A DNA stretch of 62,874 nucleotides, taken from a virus. Taxonomy: Duplodnaviria > Caudoviricetes. The position numbers and the translations under genes were made by a program. The stretch lies in the IMG/VR virus record IMGVR_UViG_3300044691_000465, positions 1-62,874 of that record. One strand, 5' to 3'. The notes under the pieces are model-generated. The model was not told the origin of the DNA and made no database searches. It saw only the letters and a list, made by a program, of their open reading frames with translations. Shown here piece by piece: positions 19,062-27,765 of this stretch. Numbering within the stretch: the stretch's first letter is position 1; each line of letters begins with the position of its first letter.

Positions 19062-20263
19062 TGCCCGACACCACAACCAACGTCGCGTTGCGGGATGCGA
19101 TGGTTCGCCATCAAATCCAACTGCAACGCTTTGCCAAAGGCGTAACGAAAAAGATCCACGACGTGTTGAATAAGTCGGAGCAGGACATTGCGCAGATGAT
19201 CCGCGACCGGCTTGCTGCTGCAGTAGGCCTCGACACGGTGGCAGACGTTCGTCGCTTGCAGACCGTGCTTTCCATGCTGGAGAACCTGCGCACAACGACG
19301 TGGGACACACTGGACGCCACCTGGAACGAGCAGCTCATCGCGCTCGCAACCACAGAGCCGGGCTTCCTGGCAAACCAGCTGGACACCACAAGCCCGGTTG
19401 TGTTGGACATGGCGATGCCCGCGTTGGCGCAGCTGAAGTCGATCGTTACGAGCTCGCCCTTCGAAGGCCAGACGCTAAAGGACTGGTCTGCCTCGCTTGC
19501 GGCCGATGACATCCGCCGAATGGAAGCGCAAATCCGTCTTGGCATGGTGGCAGGTGAAGACAGCGCCACCATTGCGCGCCGCATTGTTGGCAGCGCCAAG
19601 CTGCTCGGCAAAGATGGTGCCACCCAAATCACCCGTGACAAGGCAGCAGCGATAACGCGGACAGCGGTGAATTTCATTGCCAACCAAGCGCGCCGCGCCT
19701 TCATCCTGGACAACCAAGAAATCTTCCAGCAGGAAATGTTCGTTGCAACGCTGGACGACCGCACCACCATGTTGTGTGCCAGCCTGGACGGCGATCTGTT
19801 CGACGTCGGCAAAGGTCCAGTCCCGCCGCTGCATTGGAATTGTCGAAGCACGCGAGTGCCCGTGCTCGAAGGCAACGTGGTGGGGCAGCGACCGTTCAAG
19901 GCGAGCACCGAGAAGCAGATGCTGAAGGACTTCGCCAAGCAGCAGGGCATCAAGCCGGTTGCGAGCCGCGACAGCCTGCCACGCGGCATGAAGGGCAAGT
20001 ACGATAAGTTTGCGCAGAAGGCGGTTCGTGATCAAACAGGGCAGGTGCCAGCCAACACCAGCTATCAACAGTGGCTTAGCACGCAGTCCGCCGCGTTCCA
20101 GGACGATGTGCTTGGGCAAACGAAGGGGCAGCTTTTCAGAAATGGCGGTCTCACACTTAAAAAGTTTGTTGCGGTCGACGGTTCTGAGCTATCACTATCG
20201 GACCTTGCGACCAAACAGGCCTCCGCGTTCCGCGCTGCCGGCCTTGACCCTGGGAACTTTTGA
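19061..20263 (+). CDS. Head morphogenesis protein (MuF / SPP1 gp7 family)
   Basis: ITRTAVN, FVATLDDRTT..C..LDG and PPLHWNCRS. Confidence 0.9.
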   Translation: MPDTTTNVALRDAMVRHQIQLQRFAKGVTKKIHDVLNKSEQDIAQMIRDRLAAAVGLDTVADVRRLQTVLSMLENLRTTTWDTLDATWNEQLIALATTEPGFLANQLDTTSPVVLDMAMPALAQLKSIVTSSPFEGQTLKDWSASLAADDIRRMEAQIRLGMVAGEDSATIARRIVGSAKLLGKDGATQITRDKAAAITRTAVNFIANQARRAFILDNQEIFQQEMFVATLDDRTTMLCASLDGDLFDVGKGPVPPLHWNCRSTRVPVLEGNVVGQRPFKASTEKQMLKDFAKQQGIKPVASRDSLPRGMKGKYDKFAQKAVRDQTGQVPANTSYQQWLSTQSAAFQDDVLGQTKGQLFRNGGLTLKKFVAVDGSELSLSDLATKQASAFRAAGLDPGNF

Positions 20264-20265
20264 TC

Positions 20266-20616
20266 ATGGCGAGCGGCAACCCATATCACGACGCGAAGGG
20301 CCTGTTTGCCTCCGGTGATGGTGGCGGCGGATCGCCTTCCGGCGACCGACACGCGTTGCAGATCAAGGCGCAGCTGCAGTCGGACAAGGCCAAGAGCCTT
20401 GGACGGCAGATGACCGCCAAGGCGCAGCTGCTGCTCTCACGCGGCAAGCCACAGAGCTACAGCTCGGCCGGGCGCCAGGGAAAAGCCGTGAGCGGCACCA
20501 ACTCGCTTGGCCGTATGCGCGACGCCTACGCAGCGGCCAAGGGCAGAGGACCAGACACAGGCGAGAGCTCGCTGGCGCGCATGGCCCGTGACTACGCGGC
20601 GAGCAAGCGCTGGTAA
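20266..20616 (+). CDS. Small basic protein with N-terminal NPYHDAKGLF motif (paralog 1)
   Basis: MASGNPYHDAKGLFASG then Gly linker and Lys/Arg/Ala-rich helices. Confidence 0.7.
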   Translation: MASGNPYHDAKGLFASGDGGGGSPSGDRHALQIKAQLQSDKAKSLGRQMTAKAQLLLSRGKPQSYSSAGRQGKAVSGTNSLGRMRDAYAAAKGRGPDTGESSLARMARDYAASKRW

Positions 20617-20632
20617 TAGGGGAGATAAGATC

Positions 20633-20971
20633 ATGGCTGGTGGTGGAAATCCGTATCACGACGCGAAGGGCTTGTTCAGCTCCGGTTCCGGTGGCAGCAC
20701 GGGAGGTGCGCTTACACGTGGCACCGATAACCACGCAACGGTGGCGCAGCGCATGAATGTGCACACGCAGCAGGCCCGCGCGGCGCACACGCAGCAGACC
20801 GCCAGTACCCGCGCCAAAGGCACGAGCTACAGCACGAAGATGCGCGACGCGGCCAAGAGCCTCGCCGCAACCCGCGCCGGTTGGGAAGCCCGTGACAAAG
20901 CCAATCAGACCGGGCCATACGATCCGGCCGTGGTCCGCTGGCGCGCGTCGATGGGCTACCCTGCCATCTGA
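20633..20971 (+). CDS. Small basic protein with N-terminal NPYHDAKGLF motif (paralog 2)
   Basis: MAGGGNPYHDAKGLFSSG; GGGAG RBS. Confidence 0.7.
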   Translation: MAGGGNPYHDAKGLFSSGSGGSTGGALTRGTDNHATVAQRMNVHTQQARAAHTQQTASTRAKGTSYSTKMRDAAKSLAATRAGWEARDKANQTGPYDPAVVRWRASMGYPAI

Positions 20972-20973
20972 TC

Positions 20974-21174
20974 ATGGATACCGTGGCCATTAACCGAACG
21001 CAGCGCTACAGCCTCCTAGCGGACGGCTCTGTTGTGCCTTGGGCACGGCTGTTGGATGGCCTCGGCGACCCGGTAGACACGCTAGGCGAGGCTAGCTACG
21101 CGCTCCAGCAGCTGCCTAGCGGTGAATGGGAGACCTTGGTGCTGGCGGATTGGGAGACTGTGACAATCCACTAA
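20974..21174 (+). CDS. Hypothetical protein
   Basis: Follows paralog 2 with a 2-nt gap. Confidence 0.5.
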   Translation: MDTVAINRTQRYSLLADGSVVPWARLLDGLGDPVDTLGEASYALQQLPSGEWETLVLADWETVTIH

Positions 21175-21376
21175 GCGCAACCTGGAGCGCGGCGAGGCCG
21201 TTACCGATGGCCGCTGCCGTTTTATAGTCATAGGTTGCGTCTTCGGTACGCGCGAACACGTGCCAATAGCCATCGCCGTTATACACAGCCACGTACAGCT
21301 GTGGGTTGAAGAAAATGAGGCCCTCGTCGTGGCCCGCGCTCTGCGCAAAGCCGTTGGCAAGCAACCACGCGATCAT
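21116..21376 (-). CDS. Hypothetical protein (weakly similar to 22197-22427)
   Basis: GGGAG RBS before MIAWLLANG. Confidence 0.5.
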   Translation of the reverse strand: MIAWLLANGFAQSAGHDEGLIFFNPQLYVAVYNGDGYWHVFARTEDATYDYKTAAAIGNGLAALQVALSGLSQSPNPPAPRSPIHR

Positions 21377-21404
21377 GGCGGAACTCCCGGTTAGAGCCGG
21401 AAGC

Positions 21405-21602
21405 TTACATGTCCTCACTGGTGCGTTCAATCACGCGATACGCCCAGCCAACGCTGGGAAGCTTGCTGCGCGCGCAGTCGTCTGCGTAGCCCTGGGCGAC
21501 ACGCTCGTTGTCGAACGCCGCGATGGCGACGTACCAAGCGTATTCTGGCCACTTGCATTCGACAAACCAGCGCAGGCCCCGATATCGGCTGTGGCGTTTC
21601 AT
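21405..21602 (-). CDS. Hypothetical protein
   Basis: GGAGG RBS; ATGA overlap with the 43-aa ORF 21599-21730. Confidence 0.55.
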   Translation of the reverse strand: MKRHSRYRGLRWFVECKWPEYAWYVAIAAFDNERVAQGYADDCARSKLPSVGWAYRVIERTSEDM

Positions 21603-21730
21603 GTGCGCAGCCCTCCGCGAATGGACGCGACGATTTGGTTGGCGGTCGGCTTGATGACGACCGGCGGACGCGGCTTGGAGCTGAAGATCGCGGACAGCGA
21701 CAGGCCGAAGTGCGGTTTGGGGTTTGTCAT
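21599..21730 (-). CDS. 43-aa basic peptide
   Basis: CAGGAG RBS; MTNPKPHFGLSLSAIF... Confidence 0.45.
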   Translation of the reverse strand: MTNPKPHFGLSLSAIFSSKPRPPVVIKPTANQIVASIRGGLRT

Positions 21731-21735
21731 AGCCG

Positions 21736-22122
21736 TTACTCCTGGGCAATGCGCGAAAGCAGCGCGTCGAGCTCGGCCAGATCGGATGCCAAGACGAATT
21801 TCAGGCCACGGCAGATCAGCGCGTTCATCTTGTCGGAAACCGCGTTGGCCTTTTCATGGTGCGCGCGCTCGGCCGCCTTGATGGCAAGCCACTGGTCGAA
21901 GCCTTCGTCCCAGATCACGACCTTCGTGCGAAAGCTGCTGTGGTCGTTGGTTTGATACGCGACCGTATTATTGTAGGTCGGTTTCCACTGCTGGTTGGTT
22001 TCGTCGCCGACCAGGGTGAAGTTGCCGTTCTTGTGGATCGTCTTGATGAAGGCCTCGATGTGGTAGTGGCCGTGAAAGCCACTGACCTTCGCGACCCGCG
22101 CTCCTGCTACAAACTTTGCCAT
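21736..22122 (-). CDS. Hypothetical early protein
   Basis: Own promoter and AGAAAAGGAG RBS. Confidence 0.75.
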   Translation of the reverse strand: MAKFVAGARVAKVSGFHGHYHIEAFIKTIHKNGNFTLVGDETNQQWKPTYNNTVAYQTNDHSSFRTKVVIWDEGFDQWLAIKAAERAHHEKANAVSDKMNALICRGLKFVLASDLAELDALLSRIAQE

Positions 22123-22130
22123 AACCGTCT

Positions 22131-22200
22131 CTCCTTTTCTGATACATGAGACATAGCGCAGTCCTGAGAAGGCGCAAGGCCTTCCCAGAATTGTGGTTAA
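22131..22200 (-). promoter_or_regulatory. TTAACC half-site, -35 TTGCGC, -10 TATGTC and RBS
   Basis: TTAA is 19 bp from the -35; the -35 sits in the loop of an inverted repeat (22164-22188). Confidence 0.65.
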
Positions 22201-22427
22201 GAATTGGTATCTGCGTTCGGGTAAAGATGCGCGTTAAGCGCGGCGACAGTGCGGCCATCGGCCACCTTGCGTTCGTATTCCCAGACTTCCCACCGGCCGT
22301 CCAGGTAAAGCCGCACGAAACATTCGTCGGTTTCGTCCATGAAGAAAGTGGCATATTTGGCGGTTGAATAACTTTCGTCTTCAACCCAACCGAGCGAGAA
22401 CAGCAGGTCCAGAATTTGTTGATACAT
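22197..22427 (-). CDS. Hypothetical early protein
   Basis: Own promoter and AGAAAAGGAG RBS. Confidence 0.7.
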   Translation of the reverse strand: MYQQILDLLFSLGWVEDESYSTAKYATFFMDETDECFVRLYLDGRWEVWEYERKVADGRTVAALNAHLYPNADTNS

Positions 22428-22435
22428 AGGTCGTG

Positions 22436-22516
22436 CTCCTTTTCTATGACAACCAGGATACCGCAACCTTGAGAAGCCGCAAGGGCTTCTCAAGATAATG
22501 GTTAATGGCCGGTTAA
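22436..22516 (-). promoter_or_regulatory. Full CtrA-type box TTAA-N7-TTAAC (22502-22516), -35 TTGCGG, -10 TATCCT and RBS
   Basis: Perfect box, 19 bp from the -35; 11-bp inverted repeat 22468-22494 surrounds the -35. Confidence 0.72.
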
Positions 22517-22773
22517 CGGATATGCCGGGAGATGTAATTGCCAATAAACTCGGCCTCGCCCGGAATTTCGCTGACGGCGGTCCATTTTTCGCCCTTGCGT
22601 GCAAACTCACGGCTGGTGCGGCGCTGCTCGCTTCGCATGATCTTGCCGTTGCAGTACAGAGCATAGCACACTTCGGTGTCGCCAGCCTGCACAAGCCAAC
22701 CGAGCACTAAATTCGGTGAGAACTTGATGGTCGGATGCTGACCTGCCGCGTAGCTTTGATAGGTGATCGCCAT
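22513..22773 (-). CDS. Hypothetical early protein
   Basis: Own promoter and AGAAAAGGAG RBS. Confidence 0.7.
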   Translation of the reverse strand: MAITYQSYAAGQHPTIKFSPNLVLGWLVQAGDTEVCYALYCNGKIMRSEQRRTSREFARKGEKWTAVSEIPGEAEFIGNYISRHIR

Positions 22774-22781
22774 TCGTTTTG

Positions 22782-22864
22782 CTCCTTTTCTGATGCATGA
22801 GACGATGGCGCAGTTCGTACGGCATCGCAATCACCCTTGCCAGACGTGGTTAAAGCGGGGTAAA
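22782..22864 (-). promoter_or_regulatory. CtrA-like box TTTA-N7-TTAACC (22850-22864), -35 TTGCGA, -10 CATCGT and RBS
   Basis: 19 bp from the -35; divergent from the scaffold gene. Confidence 0.65.
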
Positions 22865-22943
22865 CGCTGATTTCCCGCGCTACCCTGCTTGGGCAGGAGC
22901 CACCTTCGGGCATGGGCTTGAAGGCAAAAGGAAAGACAATAGT

Positions 22944-23780
22944 ATGCCCGATGATATCATGTTGGAACCGGCCTACGACACGGTCGACGCCATCCCGGAA
23001 GCCTTCCGGCCACTGTACGTGGAAACAGGCGGCAAACACCTTCTCACCAAGATCAAAGGCCTTGCATCGACAGCGGACGTTACCCGCGTGCAGCGCGCGC
23101 TTGATGCCGAGAAGAAGGAACACGGCACGCTCAAGACCAATTGGACCGGCTTTTTCGGCGACAAGAAGCCCGAAGAGGTACGCGCCATTCTGGACCGCGT
23201 TCCGGAGCTGGAAACGATCGCAGCCTCCAAGAACATCAACGACGAAAAACTGAACGAGCTCGCAGAGACGCGCTTCCGCGCCAAGCTGGCGCCGATGGAA
23301 CGCGACAACGCCACGATGAAAACGCAGCTCGCTGAACGCGACGAGATCATCAAGGGCTTCATGCTGCAGCACGAGACCCGCACCATCCACGACGGCGTGC
23401 GTGAAGCAGCGGTGAAGTCCAAAATCATCGACACCGCGATGGAAGACGTGTTGATGCTTGCCGAGCGCATGTTCGAAGTCGGCGAGGACGGCAAGCTGAC
23501 TGCCAAGGACGGCGTTGGTGTTACACCCGGCATCACGCCGGAACAGTGGCTCACCGAGATGACCGTGAAGCGGCCGCATTGGTGGCCCGTGTCCAAGGGT
23601 GGTGGCGCTGGTGGTGGCATCGGCGCTGGTGTCGGTGGCGACAACCCGTTCAGCTTTGAAGGCTGGAACATGACAGCCCAAGGTAAGCTGTACGGAGAAA
23701 ACCCGACACGTGCTGCGCAGCTCGCGCAGATGGCCGGGACAACGGTTGGCGGATTGCGTCCGCCCGCTCCGAGAAAATAA
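22944..23780 (+). CDS. Capsid scaffolding protein
   Basis: Coiled coil, W.....RPHWWP, Gly-rich stretch and NPF...WNMT C-terminus; directly before the MCP. Confidence 0.8.
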   Translation: MPDDIMLEPAYDTVDAIPEAFRPLYVETGGKHLLTKIKGLASTADVTRVQRALDAEKKEHGTLKTNWTGFFGDKKPEEVRAILDRVPELETIAASKNINDEKLNELAETRFRAKLAPMERDNATMKTQLAERDEIIKGFMLQHETRTIHDGVREAAVKSKIIDTAMEDVLMLAERMFEVGEDGKLTAKDGVGVTPGITPEQWLTEMTVKRPHWWPVSKGGGAGGGIGAGVGGDNPFSFEGWNMTAQGKLYGENPTRAAQLAQMAGTTVGGLRPPAPRK

Positions 23781-23783
23781 TAC

Positions 23784-23932
23784 TTGCGGCCCTCCGCACA
23801 ACATGGTAAATGCGAGAGGGAAGAGTAGTTCACGCATGGGCGTGGTATCGCTTCCCTCTCGCAAACCTGCCAGTCGACCATGGGGTCCAGGCACGTAGCG
23901 ATCATCCCTTTTCATACGTGCAACCCAACCCA
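23784..23932 (+). promoter_or_regulatory. Promoter (TTGCGG...TAAATG) and structured 5' leader of the major capsid gene
   Basis: 13-bp perfect stem TGCGAGAGGGAAG/CTTCCCTCTCGCA; two c(ATGG)g hairpin loops. Confidence 0.6.
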
Positions 23933-23949
23933 CAACGGGAGTTACTCTC

Positions 23950-25008
23950 ATGGCCGCAGGCCCCATTACCCAGATTAGCGACGTCGTCGTACCCGCGATC
24001 TTCACGCCCTACACCCAACAGCTGACCGAGGAAAAGGCCCGCCTGATCCAGGCCGGTGCCGTGGTCCGCGACAGCGAGATCGATCGGCTGCTCGCCGGTG
24101 GTGGTCTGACCTTCGACGTCCCGTCCTTCAAGGATTTGGACAGCGATCAGGAGCGCGTGTCGACCGACAGCATTCCCTATCAGTTCACGGGTGGTGTCGC
24201 CAACCCCGATCCCGACAAGACTGGGACCGGCACGGAAATCGCCGTCCGCCTGAGCCGCAATAACAGCTGGGCGTCCGCCGACTTGGCCGCTGTCCTGGCT
24301 GGCAAGGACCCGATGGCGTCCATTGCCGACCGCATCGCCTACTACTGGACCCGACGCATGCAGGCCGCGCTCGTCGCCGTTACCAAGGGCTTGTTCCTTG
24401 CGAACGACGCCGCCACCGCAGCCGACCACGTCCAGTTCGACATGACCCACGACATCAGCACGCTCAATGGCGGTGTGTTCTCCGCTGGTGTTACGGACTT
24501 CTCCGCTGAAGCGTTCCTCGATGCCGCCCTGACCATGGGTGACAGCCAGGACGGCTTGAAGATGGTGATGGTGCATTCGGTTGTCTACAACAAAATGCAG
24601 AAGAACAACCTCATCGACTTCATTCCGGATGCACGAGGCGAGATCATGATCCCGACGTTCCTCGGCCGGGAAGTCATCGTTGACGACGGCGTGCCGTTCG
24701 CCGGTGGTGTCTACCAGACGTGGCTCTTCGGACCCGGTGCGATCCGCCTGGGTGTTGGCGCTCCGAAAATTCCGACGGAGATCGACCGCATCGCAGGTGC
24801 CGGCAACGGTGGTGGCGCCGAAGTGCTCTACAACCGCGTCGAATGGGCGCTGCATCCCGTCGGCAATGCCTACGCAGGCACCGCGCCGAAGGGTGGACCG
24901 TCCAACGCCGCGACGACGAACAACCTTGCCGCCGCTGCTTCCTGGACCCGCGTGTTCCCGGAGCGCAAGCAGATCAAGATCGCGCGTCTGGTCACCCGCG
25001 AAGCCTAA
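23950..25008 (+). CDS. Major capsid protein
   Basis: T.ISDVVVP.IF start, LAGKDPM..IA..IA.YW, MVHS.VY, FLGREVIVDDG; 352 aa after the scaffold. Confidence 0.9.
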   Translation: MAAGPITQISDVVVPAIFTPYTQQLTEEKARLIQAGAVVRDSEIDRLLAGGGLTFDVPSFKDLDSDQERVSTDSIPYQFTGGVANPDPDKTGTGTEIAVRLSRNNSWASADLAAVLAGKDPMASIADRIAYYWTRRMQAALVAVTKGLFLANDAATAADHVQFDMTHDISTLNGGVFSAGVTDFSAEAFLDAALTMGDSQDGLKMVMVHSVVYNKMQKNNLIDFIPDARGEIMIPTFLGREVIVDDGVPFAGGVYQTWLFGPGAIRLGVGAPKIPTEIDRIAGAGNGGGAEVLYNRVEWALHPVGNAYAGTAPKGGPSNAATTNNLAAAASWTRVFPERKQIKIARLVTREA

Positions 25009-25024
25009 TTGACCCGCCCACTAC

Positions 25025-25050
25025 CCTGGAGGCTTCGGCCTCCAGGTTCA
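25025..25050 (+). terminator. UUCG-tetraloop hairpin after the MCP
   Basis: CCTGGAGGC-TTCG-GCCTCCAGG; weak U-tract. Confidence 0.6.
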
Positions 25051-25074
25051 CTTCTGGCCAGCTGGAGAGCACCG

Positions 25075-25524
25075 ATGACTGAGATCACTCCGCGCCACGT
25101 CCGCCACCGCAAGCGGTCCCGCATTCGACGCGGCAACGGCCTCAAGGCCTTCGTCGCCAAGCTACAGGCCACGCTTAACGGCACTGGCGCGACCGTTACA
25201 CCCTTCACCGCCACCGCAGCCTCCGCCACGCTCACCAAGGCCGCGCACGGTCTCGTTGTGGGCGATGGACCCTATCTGGCGACCAATGCCGGTGGCGCGC
25301 TGCCTCCGGGCATGCCCGCATCCTTCCTTTGGATCGCGTCCGTTCTCAGCGCTAACACCTTCACGGTGAAGAGCGCGCTGCAGGGCGCACCTTTGGTGTT
25401 TACCGGAGCGGGAACCGGGACTAACACTCTCACCAAGGCCTCCACCATCGCAGCAGTCTTTCTGCTGCTCAAGAAGCATGGTGCGGCGTTCATGAAGCAT
25501 GCCACCACTGTGAATGGCATCTAA
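25075..25524 (+). CDS. Putative virion (head decoration) protein with Arg-rich N-terminus
   Basis: RHVRHRKRSRIRR then a beta-rich HGL..GD...NTF domain; GGAG RBS. Confidence 0.55.
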   Translation: MTEITPRHVRHRKRSRIRRGNGLKAFVAKLQATLNGTGATVTPFTATAASATLTKAAHGLVVGDGPYLATNAGGALPPGMPASFLWIASVLSANTFTVKSALQGAPLVFTGAGTGTNTLTKASTIAAVFLLLKKHGAAFMKHATTVNGI

Positions 25525-25533
25525 GGAGACCAC

Positions 25534-26139
25534 ATGTCTGAAGCACACGACGCAATCCGCGCGGCACTCGCCACGCTGAATACGAAGAACGACGATCACT
25601 GGACTGAGAACGCTCTGCCCCGCCTTGAGGCCTTGGGCTTGAAGGGTGTCACTCGCCAGGACGTGACTGCTGCTGCCCCGCAATTCACCCGCATGAACGC
25701 GGTGGTGCAGGTGGTGAAGCAGATGGAAGCGCCCGCTCCGGCGGCGCCAGTCGTCAATACCGACCAGGAAGATTACGACGCGCTCTCGCTGGAATGCGCG
25801 GACGCGGAGAAGAAGCTGGCAGACGCCAAGGCCTTTGCCGACGTGGCACGCGCCGAGATGCAAGCGCTCGAGACCAAGCGCGATGCGATCGTCAAGCGTC
25901 TGGACAAGGCGCGTCCGAAGAACGAGAACATGCTCGGCATTCGCGCCGTGCTGGCGCGCAGCAACGAGGCCCGCGCGAACAACGCAGAGATCGCCAAAGA
26001 GCTGCGCAAGGTTGGCGTTACCGCCGCGCTGCTCCAGGCAGGGTCGCCGCTCGACCGCGCCATGGCGCGCAAGCGTGGCTTCGGCCTTCAGCGCCCGACG
26101 GCGCCCGGCCAGCCCGCGCTACAGGCAGGAGCCAAGTAA
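25534..26139 (+). CDS. Hypothetical coiled-coil protein
   Basis: AAGGAG RBS; L....DDHWT....PR N-terminus; SPLD..MAR..G.G C-terminus. Confidence 0.65.
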   Translation: MSEAHDAIRAALATLNTKNDDHWTENALPRLEALGLKGVTRQDVTAAAPQFTRMNAVVQVVKQMEAPAPAAPVVNTDQEDYDALSLECADAEKKLADAKAFADVARAEMQALETKRDAIVKRLDKARPKNENMLGIRAVLARSNEARANNAEIAKELRKVGVTAALLQAGSPLDRAMARKRGFGLQRPTAPGQPALQAGAK

Positions 26140-26331
26140 ATGAGCGAGAGCGAGGACAAAGACACCAGCAAGGTCAACCCGCAATTTACGGGAACGCCAG
26201 CTGTTGCCCCTCGCTTTGGTTCGCTTTTCGCAGGCACGGATGGGCAACGCGCTCAGATGCGCGCTGCCATCTACCGGAACCGGGTGCATCGTCTTCAACG
26301 GAAAACGCACCTGCTCCGGCCTCCGCATTAA
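26140..26331 (+). CDS. Hypothetical protein
   Basis: CAGGAG RBS; abuts the previous stop. Confidence 0.5.
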   Translation: MSESEDKDTSKVNPQFTGTPAVAPRFGSLFAGTDGQRAQMRAAIYRNRVHRLQRKTHLLRPPH

Positions 26332-26343
26332 AGGAGACGTGTC

Positions 26344-26952
26344 ATGGCAGCGACTTTTGTAGTGGAGGATGGCAATGGCTTACCTAATGCTAATGCTTAT
26401 GTCCCACTCGTTTTCTCGAACGATTATTTTGCATCCCGAGGTGTCGCCTCTTGGGCACTTGCGAGCGATGCTGACAAGCAAACGTCGATCGTTCGTGCAA
26501 CCGACTACATTGAAACCGTCTGGGGTCCCCGCTTCCTTGGCGCCCAGGCCTTCGCTGTAACAGGCGATCCCACGATCGACCAAGCGTTGTCTTTCCCTCG
26601 CGACCTGCGCACGCAATTCGTTGGCAACGTGAACTACGTCGACGTGCAGTACATGTACACGTCCAGCCAGCTGGTAGCCAACCCGTTGCCCAAGCCGGTC
26701 GCGATGCCGCTGGCGCTGCTGAAGGCCTGTTGCGAGTACGCCAATCGCGCGCTGCTTGCCTCGCTGCTCAACGACCCGGTTGTCGATCCCACTGGTGCCA
26801 TGGTAACTGAAAAGACCGAGACGATCGGCCCAATCACCGAGCACACTTCGTATTTTCCTGGCTTTGGCATTCAGGTCACGCAGCCATATCCGGCCGCTGA
26901 CTTGCTGCTCCGTCCTCTCATCACCGTTGGTGGAAGGACAATCCGTGGTTGA
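26344..26952 (+). CDS. Head-tail adaptor (DnaT-like-domain family)
   Basis: FVVEDGNGL.NANAY, ATDYIE, QALSFPR, ACCEYA. Confidence 0.8.
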   Translation: MAATFVVEDGNGLPNANAYVPLVFSNDYFASRGVASWALASDADKQTSIVRATDYIETVWGPRFLGAQAFAVTGDPTIDQALSFPRDLRTQFVGNVNYVDVQYMYTSSQLVANPLPKPVAMPLALLKACCEYANRALLASLLNDPVVDPTGAMVTEKTETIGPITEHTSYFPGFGIQVTQPYPAADLLLRPLITVGGRTIRG

Positions 26953-27337
26953 TTATGTCCATGCTGCAGCGACTGCCTTGCGGCTGATCAAAAAGAACGG
27001 CAAGCCCATTACCCTCGTGAAGCTGGCGACAACCGCCAGCGATCCGACGAAGCCTTGGCGTGGACCTGTAGATCAGCGTTCGCCTCCTGCTGCTTCGCTG
27101 AATTTGTTCGGTGCAGAAATCTCTTTCAGCAAGCGCCAACTCGGTGTGGCGTTTACAAAGAAGTCCATTCCCGACACAGTAACAGGATATTTCTTCGTCG
27201 CTGTTCCTCCGGGCACCCAGGACCTGACCAAGTTTGATGAGCTGACTTCCGATGGCGTTGTCTACAAGATCGAGGTGGCAGACGTGCTGCGCCCAGGTAC
27301 CGTGGACGTTCTTTACCTGTTCGGAATATCGAAATGA
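26945..27337 (+). CDS. Head closure / head-tail joining protein
   Basis: Position; A.RLIKKNG..ITL, DP.KPW. Confidence 0.65.
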   Translation: MVDYVHAAATALRLIKKNGKPITLVKLATTASDPTKPWRGPVDQRSPPAASLNLFGAEISFSKRQLGVAFTKKSIPDTVTGYFFVAVPPGTQDLTKFDELTSDGVVYKIEVADVLRPGTVDVLYLFGISK

Positions 27338-27753
27338 CAGCCACAGTCGAACAAGCACGAGACCAGATGTACGGTTTGCTCCAGGCCGCTTGGGCGCCGA
27401 CTGGCAACCTGCTAATCTATGATGATGCAAAAGCTGACAACCCGAACGGTGCTGTCCCCTGGGCGCGCATCACGGTACGACACAACGCTGGTGGACAGAA
27501 CACTATCTCGAAGCAGGCCGGGAAAAGTCGTTACAACCGCTCGGGAACGTTGTATGTGAACCTATTCGCGCCTCCAGGGGATGGCTTGCGAAGTCTCGAC
27601 CCTCTCGTTAAAGTCGTTCTAGATGCTTTCGAGGGAAAGACCACGTCCGGTCAAATCTGGTTTTCGAAGATCAGCGTGCGGGAACTAGGAATAGTTCAAG
27701 GCTACTATCAGATCAACGTGCTAATCAATTTCTCGTATGATGAGATCAAATAA
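27334..27753 (+). CDS. Tail terminator protein
   Basis: PWARITVRH, G.LYVNLFAP.G.G, YQINV...F.YDE. Confidence 0.75.
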   Translation: MTATVEQARDQMYGLLQAAWAPTGNLLIYDDAKADNPNGAVPWARITVRHNAGGQNTISKQAGKSRYNRSGTLYVNLFAPPGDGLRSLDPLVKVVLDAFEGKTTSGQIWFSKISVRELGIVQGYYQINVLINFSYDEIK

Positions 27754-27765
27754 AGGACCACTGAC

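Noticed and set aside
22707-24855. Long minus-strand ORFs opposite scaffold and MCP, and similar ones opposite terL, TMP, tail tube and polA
   Set aside because: Antisense shadows expected from GC-rich codon bias; no RBS or recognisable motifs
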